A DNA stretch of 64,000 bases from an uncultured Bacilli bacterium. GTDB taxonomy: Bacteria > Bacillota_I > Bacilli_A > RF39 > UBA660. Numbering within the stretch: position 1 is the first letter of the stretch; each line of letters opens with the position of its first letter. A program made the position numbers and the translations under genes. The stretch spans positions 2,535-66,534 of the forward strand of contig CAWVIV010000006.1 of assembly GCA_963929435.1 (NCBI GenBank), read 5' to 3'. Below, piece by piece: positions 28,667 to 38,838 of the stretch. The notes below the pieces were generated by a model that made no database searches, was not told the origin of the DNA, and was given only the letters and a program-made list of their open reading frames with translations.

Positions 28667-30991
28667 TTAAAACTCACCCCCATCAAAGATATTCTCTAAC
28701 TTTTTCATCCGTTTATCCTGTATTTCTTCTATATCTAAAGATACTTCTCTCTTTTCTTTACTTTTTAATATTTCCTTAACTTTTTCTATCATTTTCTTTT
28801 CATTAAAAGTAATAACTTCTCCATAATTTTTACCTATCTTTATCATATCATCACTAACTTTAATTGTTGTAATAAGTTTTTTCTTTAAAGCAAGTCCTTC
28901 TAAATAAACTACAGGAAATCCTTCATAATTAGAGGTTAATATTAAATAATCTGCTCTTTTCATATAAGGATAAGGATTTATTTTAGAACCTACAAAAACA
29001 ACCCTATCTTCTATTTTAAGTCTCTTAACTTCTTTAACATAATCATCTTTACTAGGACCATCTCCTACTACCCAAAGTACAACATCATCAATACTTTCCA
29101 CTAATTTAAAAGCTCTACCTAACTTCTTAGAAACATCATCAAGCCTTCCTACAAAGACAAATAAAGTCTTACCTCTTGGTTTAGTTAGAGAAATCTTCTC
29201 TTTACTTAAAGATTCTATTTTCTCTACATCAATAAAATTATTAAAGACTAGACATCTATCTTTTAATCCAGGATATATCTTAGTAAACTTACGACAAGCT
29301 TCATTAGAAACAAAGAATATTGTTTTAAAATCATAGATATCTCTTGTATCAAAGAACCTTCTAAAGTCTTCTAAATCAGGATAAATATAACTATAATCAC
29401 TATGAATATAAATAGAATTATTTAAAGATGCTATTCTTGCTATTTTATTACCACTATAACTATAAGTAGCATAACAACAACTAAAGTCATAAGTATGATA
29501 ATTAAAGATTGAATATGTACATCTTCTTAATAGATTAACAGCTTTTCTAAAAATTTTATTTCTATTATTAGAAACCTTAAACTCTTTTACTACTATAGAT
29601 TTATCTAGCTTTTCTAAAAGTTCGCCACAGTTTTCTTCTAATATTATTGTTACTCTATATTTATCTTTATCTATTTTATTAACTAAATTAACTAAAGACT
29701 TTTCAATTCCTCCAATATTTAAATTAACCCCTGTAAATAATAGTTTTTTTCTTTCTTTCTTAACAACAGATAAAAGAAGAAAACAAACGATAAGACTAAC
29801 AGAAGGTGCGGTTATAATATGACCTGTAAATAAGGATAATATTATTACTAAGAAAAGACTTAAATACAACATTAACTGTCTAAAAGAGAACATTTTTCTT
29901 TCTCCTATAACTGATATTAATACATAAATATATGGAGCGAAAAAGATAATAAATCCAACTATGCCTTGATTATAATAGACATCGAAATAATCCATCTCTA
30001 TACTTTTTAACTCTTTACCATTATCTTTATAATAGCCAATTCCAAATAACTTTTGATAAGGATTAGCATTATCATAAAGCCTATCTTTATTATGTAAGAA
30101 AGTTAATCTTTGACTAAAGATAAAATGATCTACTAATCTCTCCTCTTTAAAGATATCAAAAATATTATCAACCTTTAAATAATCAAGATGAACTTCTATA
30201 TTCTTATAGAAACTAGTTCTAGGAGCGATTACAATAACTACAATAGCAAGTGCTACTACTATAGCCGTAAAAGTTGTAACAACATGATATTTTTTATCTT
30301 TAAAGGCTTTATATAGTATATAAATAAAGACTACACAAAGACTTATTATTAAAGCAAGTAAAGGTGTCTTTGTCCCTACACTTAATATTACAACAAAATA
30401 AATAAAGGTAATAAATAGTCTAAAAATTACATTTTTACTCTCATAGAAAATAATAAATAAAACTGGTGTTAAAATAGCGATAATTGCACTAATCTCATTA
30501 GCAGAATTATAAAAACCAAGTGTCCCTTCTTTAGTAATAGCATAGCTTTCAAATCCTACTCCTAATGCTAAAGGAATAAATATAAGTATTAAATATAAAC
30601 AAAGAGTTATAACTAGACTTAAAGAAGTTATCTTTAACTCTTTTCTTATACTAAATAAAGATAATAGTAATAAAGGAAAATAAAACATTCTAACTGTATT
30701 TTGAATCTCTCTAAAGTAATTAGGATTATCTTTAAAAAGAGCCAAGCCTAAGATAAAGAGCAACAGATAAATAACAAATATTCCATAGTATAATAAATTA
30801 TTTTTCTTATTATAAATAAAAGTTGTAACATAGAAAATAAACAATAAGAAAAGCATTCTTAAAACTAGTCCTAAAGTTAAACTAACATCAAAAATATGTA
30901 ACATAACCCCTGTTACAAAATCAATTATAGGACTACTTAAAAGAAATAACATACATATTATACTTATATTTTTCTTAACAAAAGAAGACAT
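28667..30991 (-). CDS. Fusion of O-antigen-ligase/Wzy-like membrane domain and GT4 glycosyltransferase domain
   Basis: First ~410 aa polytopic (GFYNSANE, GTK, SQRL, LFGIG, IEMDYFD, GH), then GGIEKSL, FVGRL and TSNYEGFPVVYLE, all in one frame. Confidence 0.8.
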   Translation of the reverse strand: MSSFVKKNISIICMLFLLSSPIIDFVTGVMLHIFDVSLTLGLVLRMLFLLFIFYVTTFIYNKKNNLLYYGIFVIYLLLFILGLALFKDNPNYFREIQNTVRMFYFPLLLLSLFSIRKELKITSLSLVITLCLYLILIFIPLALGVGFESYAITKEGTLGFYNSANEISAIIAILTPVLFIIFYESKNVIFRLFITFIYFVVILSVGTKTPLLALIISLCVVFIYILYKAFKDKKYHVVTTFTAIVVALAIVVIVIAPRTSFYKNIEVHLDYLKVDNIFDIFKEERLVDHFIFSQRLTFLHNKDRLYDNANPYQKLFGIGYYKDNGKELKSIEMDYFDVYYNQGIVGFIIFFAPYIYVLISVIGERKMFSFRQLMLYLSLFLVIILSLFTGHIITAPSVSLIVCFLLLSVVKKERKKLLFTGVNLNIGGIEKSLVNLVNKIDKDKYRVTIILEENCGELLEKLDKSIVVKEFKVSNNRNKIFRKAVNLLRRCTYSIFNYHTYDFSCCYATYSYSGNKIARIASLNNSIYIHSDYSYIYPDLEDFRRFFDTRDIYDFKTIFFVSNEACRKFTKIYPGLKDRCLVFNNFIDVEKIESLSKEKISLTKPRGKTLFVFVGRLDDVSKKLGRAFKLVESIDDVVLWVVGDGPSKDDYVKEVKRLKIEDRVVFVGSKINPYPYMKRADYLILTSNYEGFPVVYLEGLALKKKLITTIKVSDDMIKIGKNYGEVITFNEKKMIEKVKEILKSKEKREVSLDIEEIQDKRMKKLENIFDGGEF

Positions 30992-31014
30992 GCTATCACT
31001 TCCCACTTAATTTT

Positions 31015-31956
31015 TTACTTATTTTTTGTATTTTCTGTTTCTCTAATAATATAAATTGGTCTACTCTTAACTTCTGTATATGTCTTAGAAATATAAGCTC
31101 CACTAATTCCAGTACAAAATAATTGAATACCACTTAAGAAAAACATAATACATACTAAAGATGGCCATCCAGCTACTGGATCTCCAAATATTAAAGTCCT
31201 AACAACTATAAAAATAATCGCTATTAAAGAAATTAAACAAAATAATACTCCCACAAATACAGCAATTGTTAAAGGCACAGTAGAATAACCTATAATAGCA
31301 TCAATAGCATAAGTAAATAATTTAGGAAAACTCCATTTACTAGTTCCTGCTACTCTTTTAGGAACACTATAAGTTAACCACTCTGTTCTAAAGCCAACAA
31401 AACTAAATATTCCTTTACTATAGCGATTATATTCTTTTAATTCTAATACAGCATTAACCACTTGCCTTTTCATTAATCTAAAATCCCTTGCCCCTGGTAC
31501 CATTTCTACTTTAGATAATTTAGATATTAATTTATAATAACAATTAGTAAGAAATCTTCTAACTACTCCGTATTCTTTATGAGCATCTGTCTTAAGAGCA
31601 ACAATATCAACATCTTTAGTAGTAATAATTTTATACATTTTCTCTATAAGTTTAGGAGGCTCTTGTAAATCTGCATCAAGAAGTGTTACATAGTCACCCG
31701 TACTATATTCAAGTCCTGCATAAATAGCCGCTTCTTTGCCAAAATTTCTTGAAAAAGAAATATATCTAACATTACTATCATCTTTTGAAAATTCTTTAAT
31801 AATATTAAGAGTTCTATCACTGCTACCATCATCTACAAAGATAAGTTCAAAAGAAACATTGCTCATCCTTTTAATTACTTTATCAATTTCTTTATAAAAT
31901 AAAGGTAGAGACTCTTCTTCATTATAACAAGGTACAATAACTGATATCTTATCCAT
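31015..31956 (-). CDS. GtrB/YkoT-like GT2 polyprenol-phosphate glycosyltransferase
   Basis: IVPCYNEEE, VDDGSSD, FSRNFGKEAA, LDADLQEPP, RDFRLM, R.AGTSKW, two TMs, YTEVKSRPIY. Confidence 0.92.
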   Translation of the reverse strand: MDKISVIVPCYNEEESLPLFYKEIDKVIKRMSNVSFELIFVDDGSSDRTLNIIKEFSKDDSNVRYISFSRNFGKEAAIYAGLEYSTGDYVTLLDADLQEPPKLIEKMYKIITTKDVDIVALKTDAHKEYGVVRRFLTNCYYKLISKLSKVEMVPGARDFRLMKRQVVNAVLELKEYNRYSKGIFSFVGFRTEWLTYSVPKRVAGTSKWSFPKLFTYAIDAIIGYSTVPLTIAVFVGVLFCLISLIAIIFIVVRTLIFGDPVAGWPSLVCIMFFLSGIQLFCTGISGAYISKTYTEVKSRPIYIIRETENTKNK

Positions 31957-31965
31957 AATATTCCT

Positions 31966-32418
31966 CTATTCTAAAAATATTTTTCTAGTCACAAAGTTAA
32001 ATATCATTACAATAATAGTTGCAATTATCTTAGCAAGTAAATAATAAATACTTAAGAAATCTACTGTTATCCACATAATTACATTATTGAGTATAAGACC
32101 TATGACACTAAATACAATAAAAATAACAAATTGTTTTTTAGCATCTTTTTCTTTATTAACATCAAATACCCACTTAACACTTGCAATATAGTTATATATA
32201 ACAGAAATACAAAATGATAATGTATTAGAAACAAGCACAGGAAAATGACAAAATTCTCTAAATACATAAAGAAAAACAAAGTCAATTACAAAAGCAGTAC
32301 CACCAACAATACCAAACTTAAATATTTGAATCAATAATTTTCTTGTTTTAGGCTTAAACTTTAAATGAAAAAGTTTACATATACCATCAAATAAACACGC
32401 AATCTTATCTTCTTTCAT
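31966..32418 (-). CDS. GtrA-family flippase
   Basis: QIFKFGIVGG, NY...KWVF, four TMs, FNFVTRKIF. Adjacent to the GtrB-like gene. Confidence 0.9.
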   Translation of the reverse strand: MKEDKIACLFDGICKLFHLKFKPKTRKLLIQIFKFGIVGGTAFVIDFVFLYVFREFCHFPVLVSNTLSFCISVIYNYIASVKWVFDVNKEKDAKKQFVIFIVFSVIGLILNNVIMWITVDFLSIYYLLAKIIATIIVMIFNFVTRKIFLE

Positions 32419-32460
32419 ACTTCTCTCCTTAACACCTATAGTATAACATGAATTATATAA

Positions 32461-33291
32461 CTAGTCTAAATATTTCTTTAACTCTTCAGTAATAACTTCA
32501 TATCCCTTACCATTAGGATGCAATCCATCATCTGTATATTCTTCATTAAAATTACCATCATCATCAAGTAATTTATCATACATATTAATATAAGTATAAT
32601 CATTGTCATCACAATATCTTTTTATTTTATCATTTATATCCATAATATCATCATTATTTCTAACATCAACCATATCCTCATTTAAATTATCATTAACAGG
32701 ATAAACACTCTCTACATAAATTTCTGTTTGTGGTTCATTACTATTAATTTCACTAACTATTTTTTCAATATTAGAAACAATATCATCAACACTACTATCA
32801 TGAATTAAATCATTAGTACCAATTAATAAAAATACTTTAGATGGATTATAATCATACACTCTAGCTTTCATATCATCTAAAATATCCTCTGTTGTATTAC
32901 CAGAAATACCACTATTTACAACAGGTAGTCCTTCATAATATTTATCTAAGTCATAAAAATCAGTAATTGAATCGCCTAAAAATAAGTAATTAGTATATTC
33001 ATCTTTTAATGTTTTTATTGTTTTTTCATAATCTTTTTTATTCTCTTCAATAGTTGTATTTAAAATATCAACTGATGAATCTAAATTATTAACTCTCAAC
33101 AAAAAGAAGGCATTAACAAATAGACTAATTACTAAAACAATTAAAACAAGTTTATTATTATTTTTTTTATGACTATTTATAACTGAATTGTTTTTATAAT
33201 AAATACTTTTATTTTTTTCTAATCTTGTACTATATTTATTCTTTTTCTGTTTTTTACTTGTAGTTTTACTCATAACACTTCCCCTTTTCAT
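32461..33291 (-). CDS. Membrane-anchored SGNH/GDSL hydrolase
   Basis: Blocks FLGDSIT, NSGISG, LIGTND, DGLHPN; one N-terminal TM. Confidence 0.88.
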   Translation of the reverse strand: MKRGSVMSKTTSKKQKKNKYSTRLEKNKSIYYKNNSVINSHKKNNNKLVLIVLVISLFVNAFFLLRVNNLDSSVDILNTTIEENKKDYEKTIKTLKDEYTNYLFLGDSITDFYDLDKYYEGLPVVNSGISGNTTEDILDDMKARVYDYNPSKVFLLIGTNDLIHDSSVDDIVSNIEKIVSEINSNEPQTEIYVESVYPVNDNLNEDMVDVRNNDDIMDINDKIKRYCDDNDYTYINMYDKLLDDDGNFNEEYTDDGLHPNGKGYEVITEELKKYLD

Positions 33292-33350
33292 ACCAATATG
33301 AGTATACCATAAATATTTGTACTTTTACATTGAAAGAAAATAACTTGACA

Positions 33351-33821
33351 TTATTTGCCAAGTTCTTCAAGCATCATTTCTTTAATTTTATCAATATCAG
33401 GAAAAAACAAATTAATTCCTTGTTTCTTTAAAGATAATAAGTAATTAAAATTGCTAGTTATTTCATCTTTTAATGTATCTATTACTTTAAGTGGTTTCCC
33501 ATTTATTATATGTGGATGATCTATATATTTTTCTAATGTAGGAAATGCATTTTGTAATAATATAACTGATTTTTTATTAGCAATTTCTCTTATCATTATA
33601 GAACGACAATCTCCATATTTTTTAACCTTTTTATCTATTATAGGTTGATATTTAGAAACTTTACTACTTAACGGAATAAACCATAATATATCCTTGTCTT
33701 TAATTGTAAAGTAAGTAGGTCTAGCCCTTCCATTTTCATGATTTATCATTAAACCTTTGTCATTAATCTTATCAAAGAATTCATCTTTTATATGATAAAT
33801 ATATCCTGTTTGAACCTTCAT
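33351..33821 (-). CDS. cptN: Type III toxin-antitoxin endoribonuclease, CptN-like
   Basis: YHIKDEFF, LMINHE...RPTY, LWFIPLSSK, ILLQNAFP. Lies downstream of a repeat array and terminator. Start at ATG 33821 after GGGGGGTG. Confidence 0.8.
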   Translation of the reverse strand: MKVQTGYIYHIKDEFFDKINDKGLMINHENGRARPTYFTIKDKDILWFIPLSSKVSKYQPIIDKKVKKYGDCRSIMIREIANKKSVILLQNAFPTLEKYIDHPHIINGKPLKVIDTLKDEITSNFNYLLSLKKQGINLFFPDIDKIKEMMLEELGK

Positions 33822-33920
33822 TTTATAAACACCCCCCAATAACAAATATAACTTGTAACTAAAATATATCAAATTATAACTATGTTTGCAAGTACAAAAG
33901 TTTGATTTTCAGAAGAAAAA

Positions 33921-33950
33921 GAAAACTTTATTCAAAAGAACAAAGTTTTC
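33921..33950 (-). terminator. Intrinsic terminator between antitoxin repeats and toxin gene
   Basis: Minus strand GAAAACTTTGTTC-TTTT-GAATAAAGTTTTC followed by TTTTTCTT. Confidence 0.8.
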
Positions 33951-34065
33951 AACCATTTTCGATCGGAATAATTTGTATCCCGCACCATCCGAGAGCGGTT
34001 AACATTTCACGATTGGAATAATTTATAACCCGCACCATCCAAGAGCGGCTAACATTTACGTATTA
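33951..34065 (-). ncRNA. cptI: CptI-like RNA antitoxin, about 2.2 tandem repeats of 50 nt
   Basis: Repeats 33961-34010 and 34011-34060. Predicted H-type pseudoknot CCGC/GCGG plus TCGGA/TCCGA in one copy and TTGGA/TCCAA in the other. Confidence 0.8.
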
Positions 34066-34085
34066 CATTCCTTAAATGCAATAAT

Positions 34086-34114
34086 AATATACTATATTTC
34101 GACATATATGTCAA
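34086..34114 (-). promoter_or_regulatory. Promoter of the type III TA locus
   Basis: TTGACA (34114-34109), 17 nt, TATATT (34091-34086). The palindrome GACATATATGTC (34101-34112) overlaps the -35. Confidence 0.7.
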
Positions 34115-34244
34115 TAAGTATACATTTATATTATATTCATATTTTTAAGAAATATAACTACTTTTATAATTAAAAAAGTAACTAAAAAACCTAATATTAT
34201 TTTCAAAGTTATTCACACATTAATACAATTAAAATTCTAAAACA

Positions 34245-35003
34245 TCATCTTTTTACAAGTTGCTTTATTGGTGTCCCTGGAAAGGGTTCAATTAATTTAT
34301 ATTGTTCTGCAAGCTTATAAATATCATCACCTAAAAACTCATTTGGTATAGATGGTTGATATAACTTCCACACTTTTTGTTTTATATCCACATCTTTAAG
34401 ATTAATTATGGAAAATGCATCATCTAAAGTTACTATTTTCCCAGTATACAAATCTATTCTATTTACACCAGCTAGATTTATTCCGAATACATCTACAAAA
34501 TACAAAAATATAGCACTCTTTATATCTATTTCTTTAGTAAATAAGCCTGTTTCAAAATCAAAATATTTACTATTTAATACTTCTTCTGGTGTTCCTAAAA
34601 AGTCTGGAAAACCAACTGCCGGCATTTCTTTAATTTGTAAACCATCATAATCAATAAAAACTACTTTCCCTTCATCAGTTATTCTAATATTTTCTGTTGT
34701 ACATAAATCAGGGAATACTATACCTAATTTATTTCCTTCTTTTATATTATTTTCAATTTGCGAATGTATCTTTGCATAACTCTTTAAATCAAATATATTT
34801 TCATAATAATCAGTAAAATCAACACCTGAAATATATGGCATAGTATAGGCATTAACAATACCATTACTTTCAAGTTGTCTTGTCGGAAGAGCAAAATTAA
34901 AGTTAGATAAGTTTTGTACTTCATTTAACCTTTCTTCTAAACCAAACCCCGTATTAGATAACATTTCTAATAATTCATCTAAGTTTAACTTAGGTATTTC
35001 CAT
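34245..35003 (-). CDS. Hypothetical protein with protein-kinase-like catalytic motifs
   Basis: IVFPDLCTTENI (catalytic-loop-like D...N) followed by VVFIDYD (DFG-like). Confidence 0.5.
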   Translation of the reverse strand: MEIPKLNLDELLEMLSNTGFGLEERLNEVQNLSNFNFALPTRQLESNGIVNAYTMPYISGVDFTDYYENIFDLKSYAKIHSQIENNIKEGNKLGIVFPDLCTTENIRITDEGKVVFIDYDGLQIKEMPAVGFPDFLGTPEEVLNSKYFDFETGLFTKEIDIKSAIFLYFVDVFGINLAGVNRIDLYTGKIVTLDDAFSIINLKDVDIKQKVWKLYQPSIPNEFLGDDIYKLAEQYKLIEPFPGTPIKQLVKR

Positions 35004-35127
35004 ATTAATTCATTCCCTTCTTTGTGGATATATTATTCTTTTTTATTATGATTGTCAATTTCTTATTAGAAATAAAATTATATATAAAAAGCTAAGATTT
35101 TTATTATCTCAGCCATTTATAAATTAT

Positions 35128-36699
35128 TTAAGCAATAAATTGATTAATCATATAAAACCATGTTACCAAGTTTATTACAAGACTACTATTATATAAGATT
35201 TTATTACTTAACTTAATATTTTTAAATTGAAAAACAAATGGAACAAGCATAATTATAGGTATAAAATATCTTCCTTGTATTCCTTCTATTATAGAATTAC
35301 CAACAGAATGATATTGAGCTGTACACTGTATGTATATCGCTGTACTAATTAAGCCTACTATAATTACTCCAACAAAGCCTATAGCCACTCTTTTTGGAAT
35401 ATTAAATTTATTTTTGATATTATCTTTTAATAAAGCTAACGCTACCAATATTACATAGAAAAATGATATAAATGCTGGCATCTCTAATTGAGAATGATAC
35501 ATAGTAGTTCCAACAAATAAACATTCTATATACTTTGCTATGTAATTAGCAAATGTTTGAACAAAAACAACTAAATAATTTAATATATTATTAAATATGA
35601 AATCTTTTTGAAGTGCTGTTTTATCATATGCAATTTCAAAAACACCATCTGTATAACTCATCCATAAAAGTCCCACAATAACTGATAACAATATCGTTAA
35701 TACACTAAAAATAATTTTTTCTTTCTTTCCATTTTTAAATTTATCAGAATTAATTAACAATACAAGAAATACCACAGGTAAATAAACTATTTTACATAAA
35801 GATATTATTATACAAAAAATTAATAATAATAACTCTTTTCTTCTATCAAGCTTATCTTTGGAATAACATATCTTAAACAACAAAGCAATAAGAAGAAGGA
35901 AAATTACATTAGTAAAAGCATCAGCTGATAAAGTTGTCGCACATTGCAACATATTTGGAGATAACAATACTAACAAATAAAACATCTTTGCTTTAGGAAT
36001 TAATTTTAAGCCAAAATAACCTAGAATAACATAAAAAATTAAATTAAATATTCTACCAAACATGCCAATTAAATACGGTCCTAAATCAAATATTTTAGCA
36101 AGAGAAAAGCCAAGAACCTGTGGAAAATACTGTACTGGTGAATAAAGAGCTGTATTACTATAAGAATCAGTCCATAAATTACCATATTGAATAGTATTTG
36201 TCCTATTTAGTTTAATATTTAACATTTCATTTATATTTTCATATTTAATTGTAGTATTATTTCCTGATCCTGCTCCAAATGTTTTACTTAAAGACTCAGG
36301 CAACTCACTTCCCACAACTTCATCAGTAGGAGTTACTAAAACTCCTTCTGTAATTTCATATATTCTATAATAATGATTATGTTCATCACTGCCTGTAAAA
36401 AGTGGAGATAAAAATAAATATATAATACCTAAAACAAGCACTGTAAAAACAAATATTTTAGGAATTTTTTCATCATTTATTTTTTTTAATTTTATACAAG
36501 CTACAAAAATACCAAGGGATAGAACTATTGAAAGTATAATAAATATTATATAATATTTATCTAAACTTTGATCCAAGCTTACTTTATACCTCAAACTATA
36601 AAAGTTTATTAAGAAAAAGAACACCACTATCAATAGCAAAAAAATATGATATATATTTTTAAGAAAAAAATCACTTATTTTTTTCAGCAACGCAAACAC
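35128..36699 (-). CDS. DUF2142-like polytopic membrane protein (putative GT-C glycosyltransferase)
   Basis: DEHNHYYR, YSPVQYFPQ, SAD, CKIVY, IQGRYFIP. Confidence 0.75.
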   Translation of the reverse strand: MFALLKKISDFFLKNIYHIFLLLIVVFFFLINFYSLRYKVSLDQSLDKYYIIFIILSIVLSLGIFVACIKLKKINDEKIPKIFVFTVLVLGIIYLFLSPLFTGSDEHNHYYRIYEITEGVLVTPTDEVVGSELPESLSKTFGAGSGNNTTIKYENINEMLNIKLNRTNTIQYGNLWTDSYSNTALYSPVQYFPQVLGFSLAKIFDLGPYLIGMFGRIFNLIFYVILGYFGLKLIPKAKMFYLLVLLSPNMLQCATTLSADAFTNVIFLLLIALLFKICYSKDKLDRRKELLLLIFCIIISLCKIVYLPVVFLVLLINSDKFKNGKKEKIIFSVLTILLSVIVGLLWMSYTDGVFEIAYDKTALQKDFIFNNILNYLVVFVQTFANYIAKYIECLFVGTTMYHSQLEMPAFISFFYVILVALALLKDNIKNKFNIPKRVAIGFVGVIIVGLISTAIYIQCTAQYHSVGNSIIEGIQGRYFIPIIMLVPFVFQFKNIKLSNKILYNSSLVINLVTWFYMINQFIA

Positions 36700-36758
36700 C
36701 TCAATTCTCTGTCACGATAATAACATATTAAGAACGAAAACGTCAAGATATTAAAATT

Positions 36759-38692
36759 GGTTCTTCCAAAAGTTTCCGGAAAATGGTAAAAATATGAACG
36801 AGGTTAGATACCTTGATTTTTATACTTAATAAATGAATCTATTGTTAATTTTAAAATACTCAAATCATCTAAATTAGAGGAAAAGTTTAACCAACTTCTT
36901 TTAAAAAGATTGCATAATTTCTGTTTTCCGCATACAATACATTTGATAAGTTTAAATTGCTGTTGTTACCCTCAACAAATCCAGAATTTATCGTATGGGA
37001 TATTGCATGTTTGACGGCTGTGATATCCTTTTTTTTACGTTACAAAAAGATTTAATTTTATCTTTATATGTTTCAATAAATATATCTAGCATTTCAGTAT
37101 CATTACTAAAAATAGTATCATGGAAATCCAAAAATATTGTTCTAATTTCTTTTATAATAGGATATTCATTTTGAAGTAGTCCAATATTTTCTTCTATTAT
37201 TTTATTTTTAACTTTTTTCATCTACAGTTAATAGATACTTCAATATCTCATACCTACTTATAATAGTTACATCTTTAGGATATTCATATCTATTATATCT
37301 TTTATGGTAATTAAATTCGTTTATATTATTATTTAATGCTAGTGTCATTATAAAATTTTTTAAGTGAATATCTGTACCTTTATATTCTTGATTTTTAACA
37401 TAGGCGAAAATATATTTAAACTCTACATTATCAATCAGCATCTTATAAATCATATTAGAATAAGATTTCATTTCATTTTCTTTTGTATTATAACTTCTTT
37501 TTTCTTTTATATTTTCAATTTCTTCATTAAGAATAAATATTTTCTTATGGTAAGAATACTTAATTTATAAATATTAGATAATTCACTTAAATTAATATTA
37601 TTACCATTATAATATTAATTCCTTAATTTTTTGATATTTTCCTAATCTATTTTGTTCTTGTTGTTTTGATAGTTTTGATGTTAGGCTATGTTCTATTATT
37701 TTCATCTGTTGGAGACGTATTATCATATGACATACTTGATAATATTTTTTCATCTATATCACTTAATTCTTGAATTACCTTAGACACTTTTTCTTTTGTT
37801 ATTTGACAATCTTTAATCATTATTTTGTCAGGTAGTTTTTTATATAAAATATCTTTTAAATATACTACTAAATTCTGAAATAAATGAAATCTATCTGCTA
37901 TTTGAATTGCATTTGGTAATACTTCATTAATTGCTTCTGCATATGCACTGGCTCTATCTCTTGCCACTATTTTTATTTTAGGATGCTCTTTTAGCCAAGG
38001 AATTATATCATCTTTTCCCTACCTTTTAACAATGCTATTAATTGATGATTTTCTAAATCATAAATGGCAGTTGCATAACTTATTCCTTTTCTTAAAGAAA
38101 CATCATCTATTCCTATTTTTTTCAACATCTTTATTATCTTTTATTTCTATATTCTTTAATATGTTATCTACAGTATCTGCCCTTGCTCTAACACCTAGTA
38201 AAGATAATATTAATGAAGTTGTACTCGAACTCATATATATTTGCCAATGTTACTATATAATATTGAAGATAATATGTCATTACTTGCCTTTTACCGGCAA
38301 AGGGAACTTCTTCAGTAAAAGTTTTTACTTTACACATTTTATTATGACACTCAAACTTTTTTAATGTTAAATTAATCCAAGTTTCTTTATTATGTATTGG
38401 AGTATCTTGAATATGTCTAGTATTAATGTCGTGAGTGCTTTTGCATATACTCCCACAGGCAGAGCATTTATATTTTTCAACTTTAGATTCTACATATAAT
38501 TCTATTTTGTCTTCTGTTATTTTTGCATCTACAATTGGATAATTATCTCCATAAATTAAATTGTTTAAATTAATCATTTTACTTCTTATTCTCCTTATTG
38601 TAATAATGGTAACATATAATCGTTAATATAAAAGGCAAGGTATCTAACCTCGCTCATATTTTTAACATTTTCCGGAAACTTTCGGAAGAGCC
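36759..38692 (-). mobile_element. Decayed ISL3-family insertion sequence with intact ends
   Basis: Ends GGTTCT/GGCTCT, 66-bp imperfect terminal inverted repeats, 8-bp target duplication TTAAAATT (36751-36758 and 38693-38700). Fragmented transposase with CSACG...C..C zinc finger, ARDRASAY and IADRFHL. Confidence 0.9.
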
Positions 38693-38838
38693 TTAAAATT
38701 TCACATATTTTTTATCTTTATATATTTCTATTCAGCATAATTTAATTTGCTCATGTAAAAACCCGTTTCTACTTTACAATAAAAACGGGACTATATCATA
38801 TTTTATAATATTAGAAACAAATAACCATTTAAAATATT

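Noticed and set aside
33961-34060. Two 50-nt direct repeats as a mini CRISPR array
   Set aside because: The repeats are contiguous with no spacer, there are no cas genes, and the context fits a type III antitoxin.
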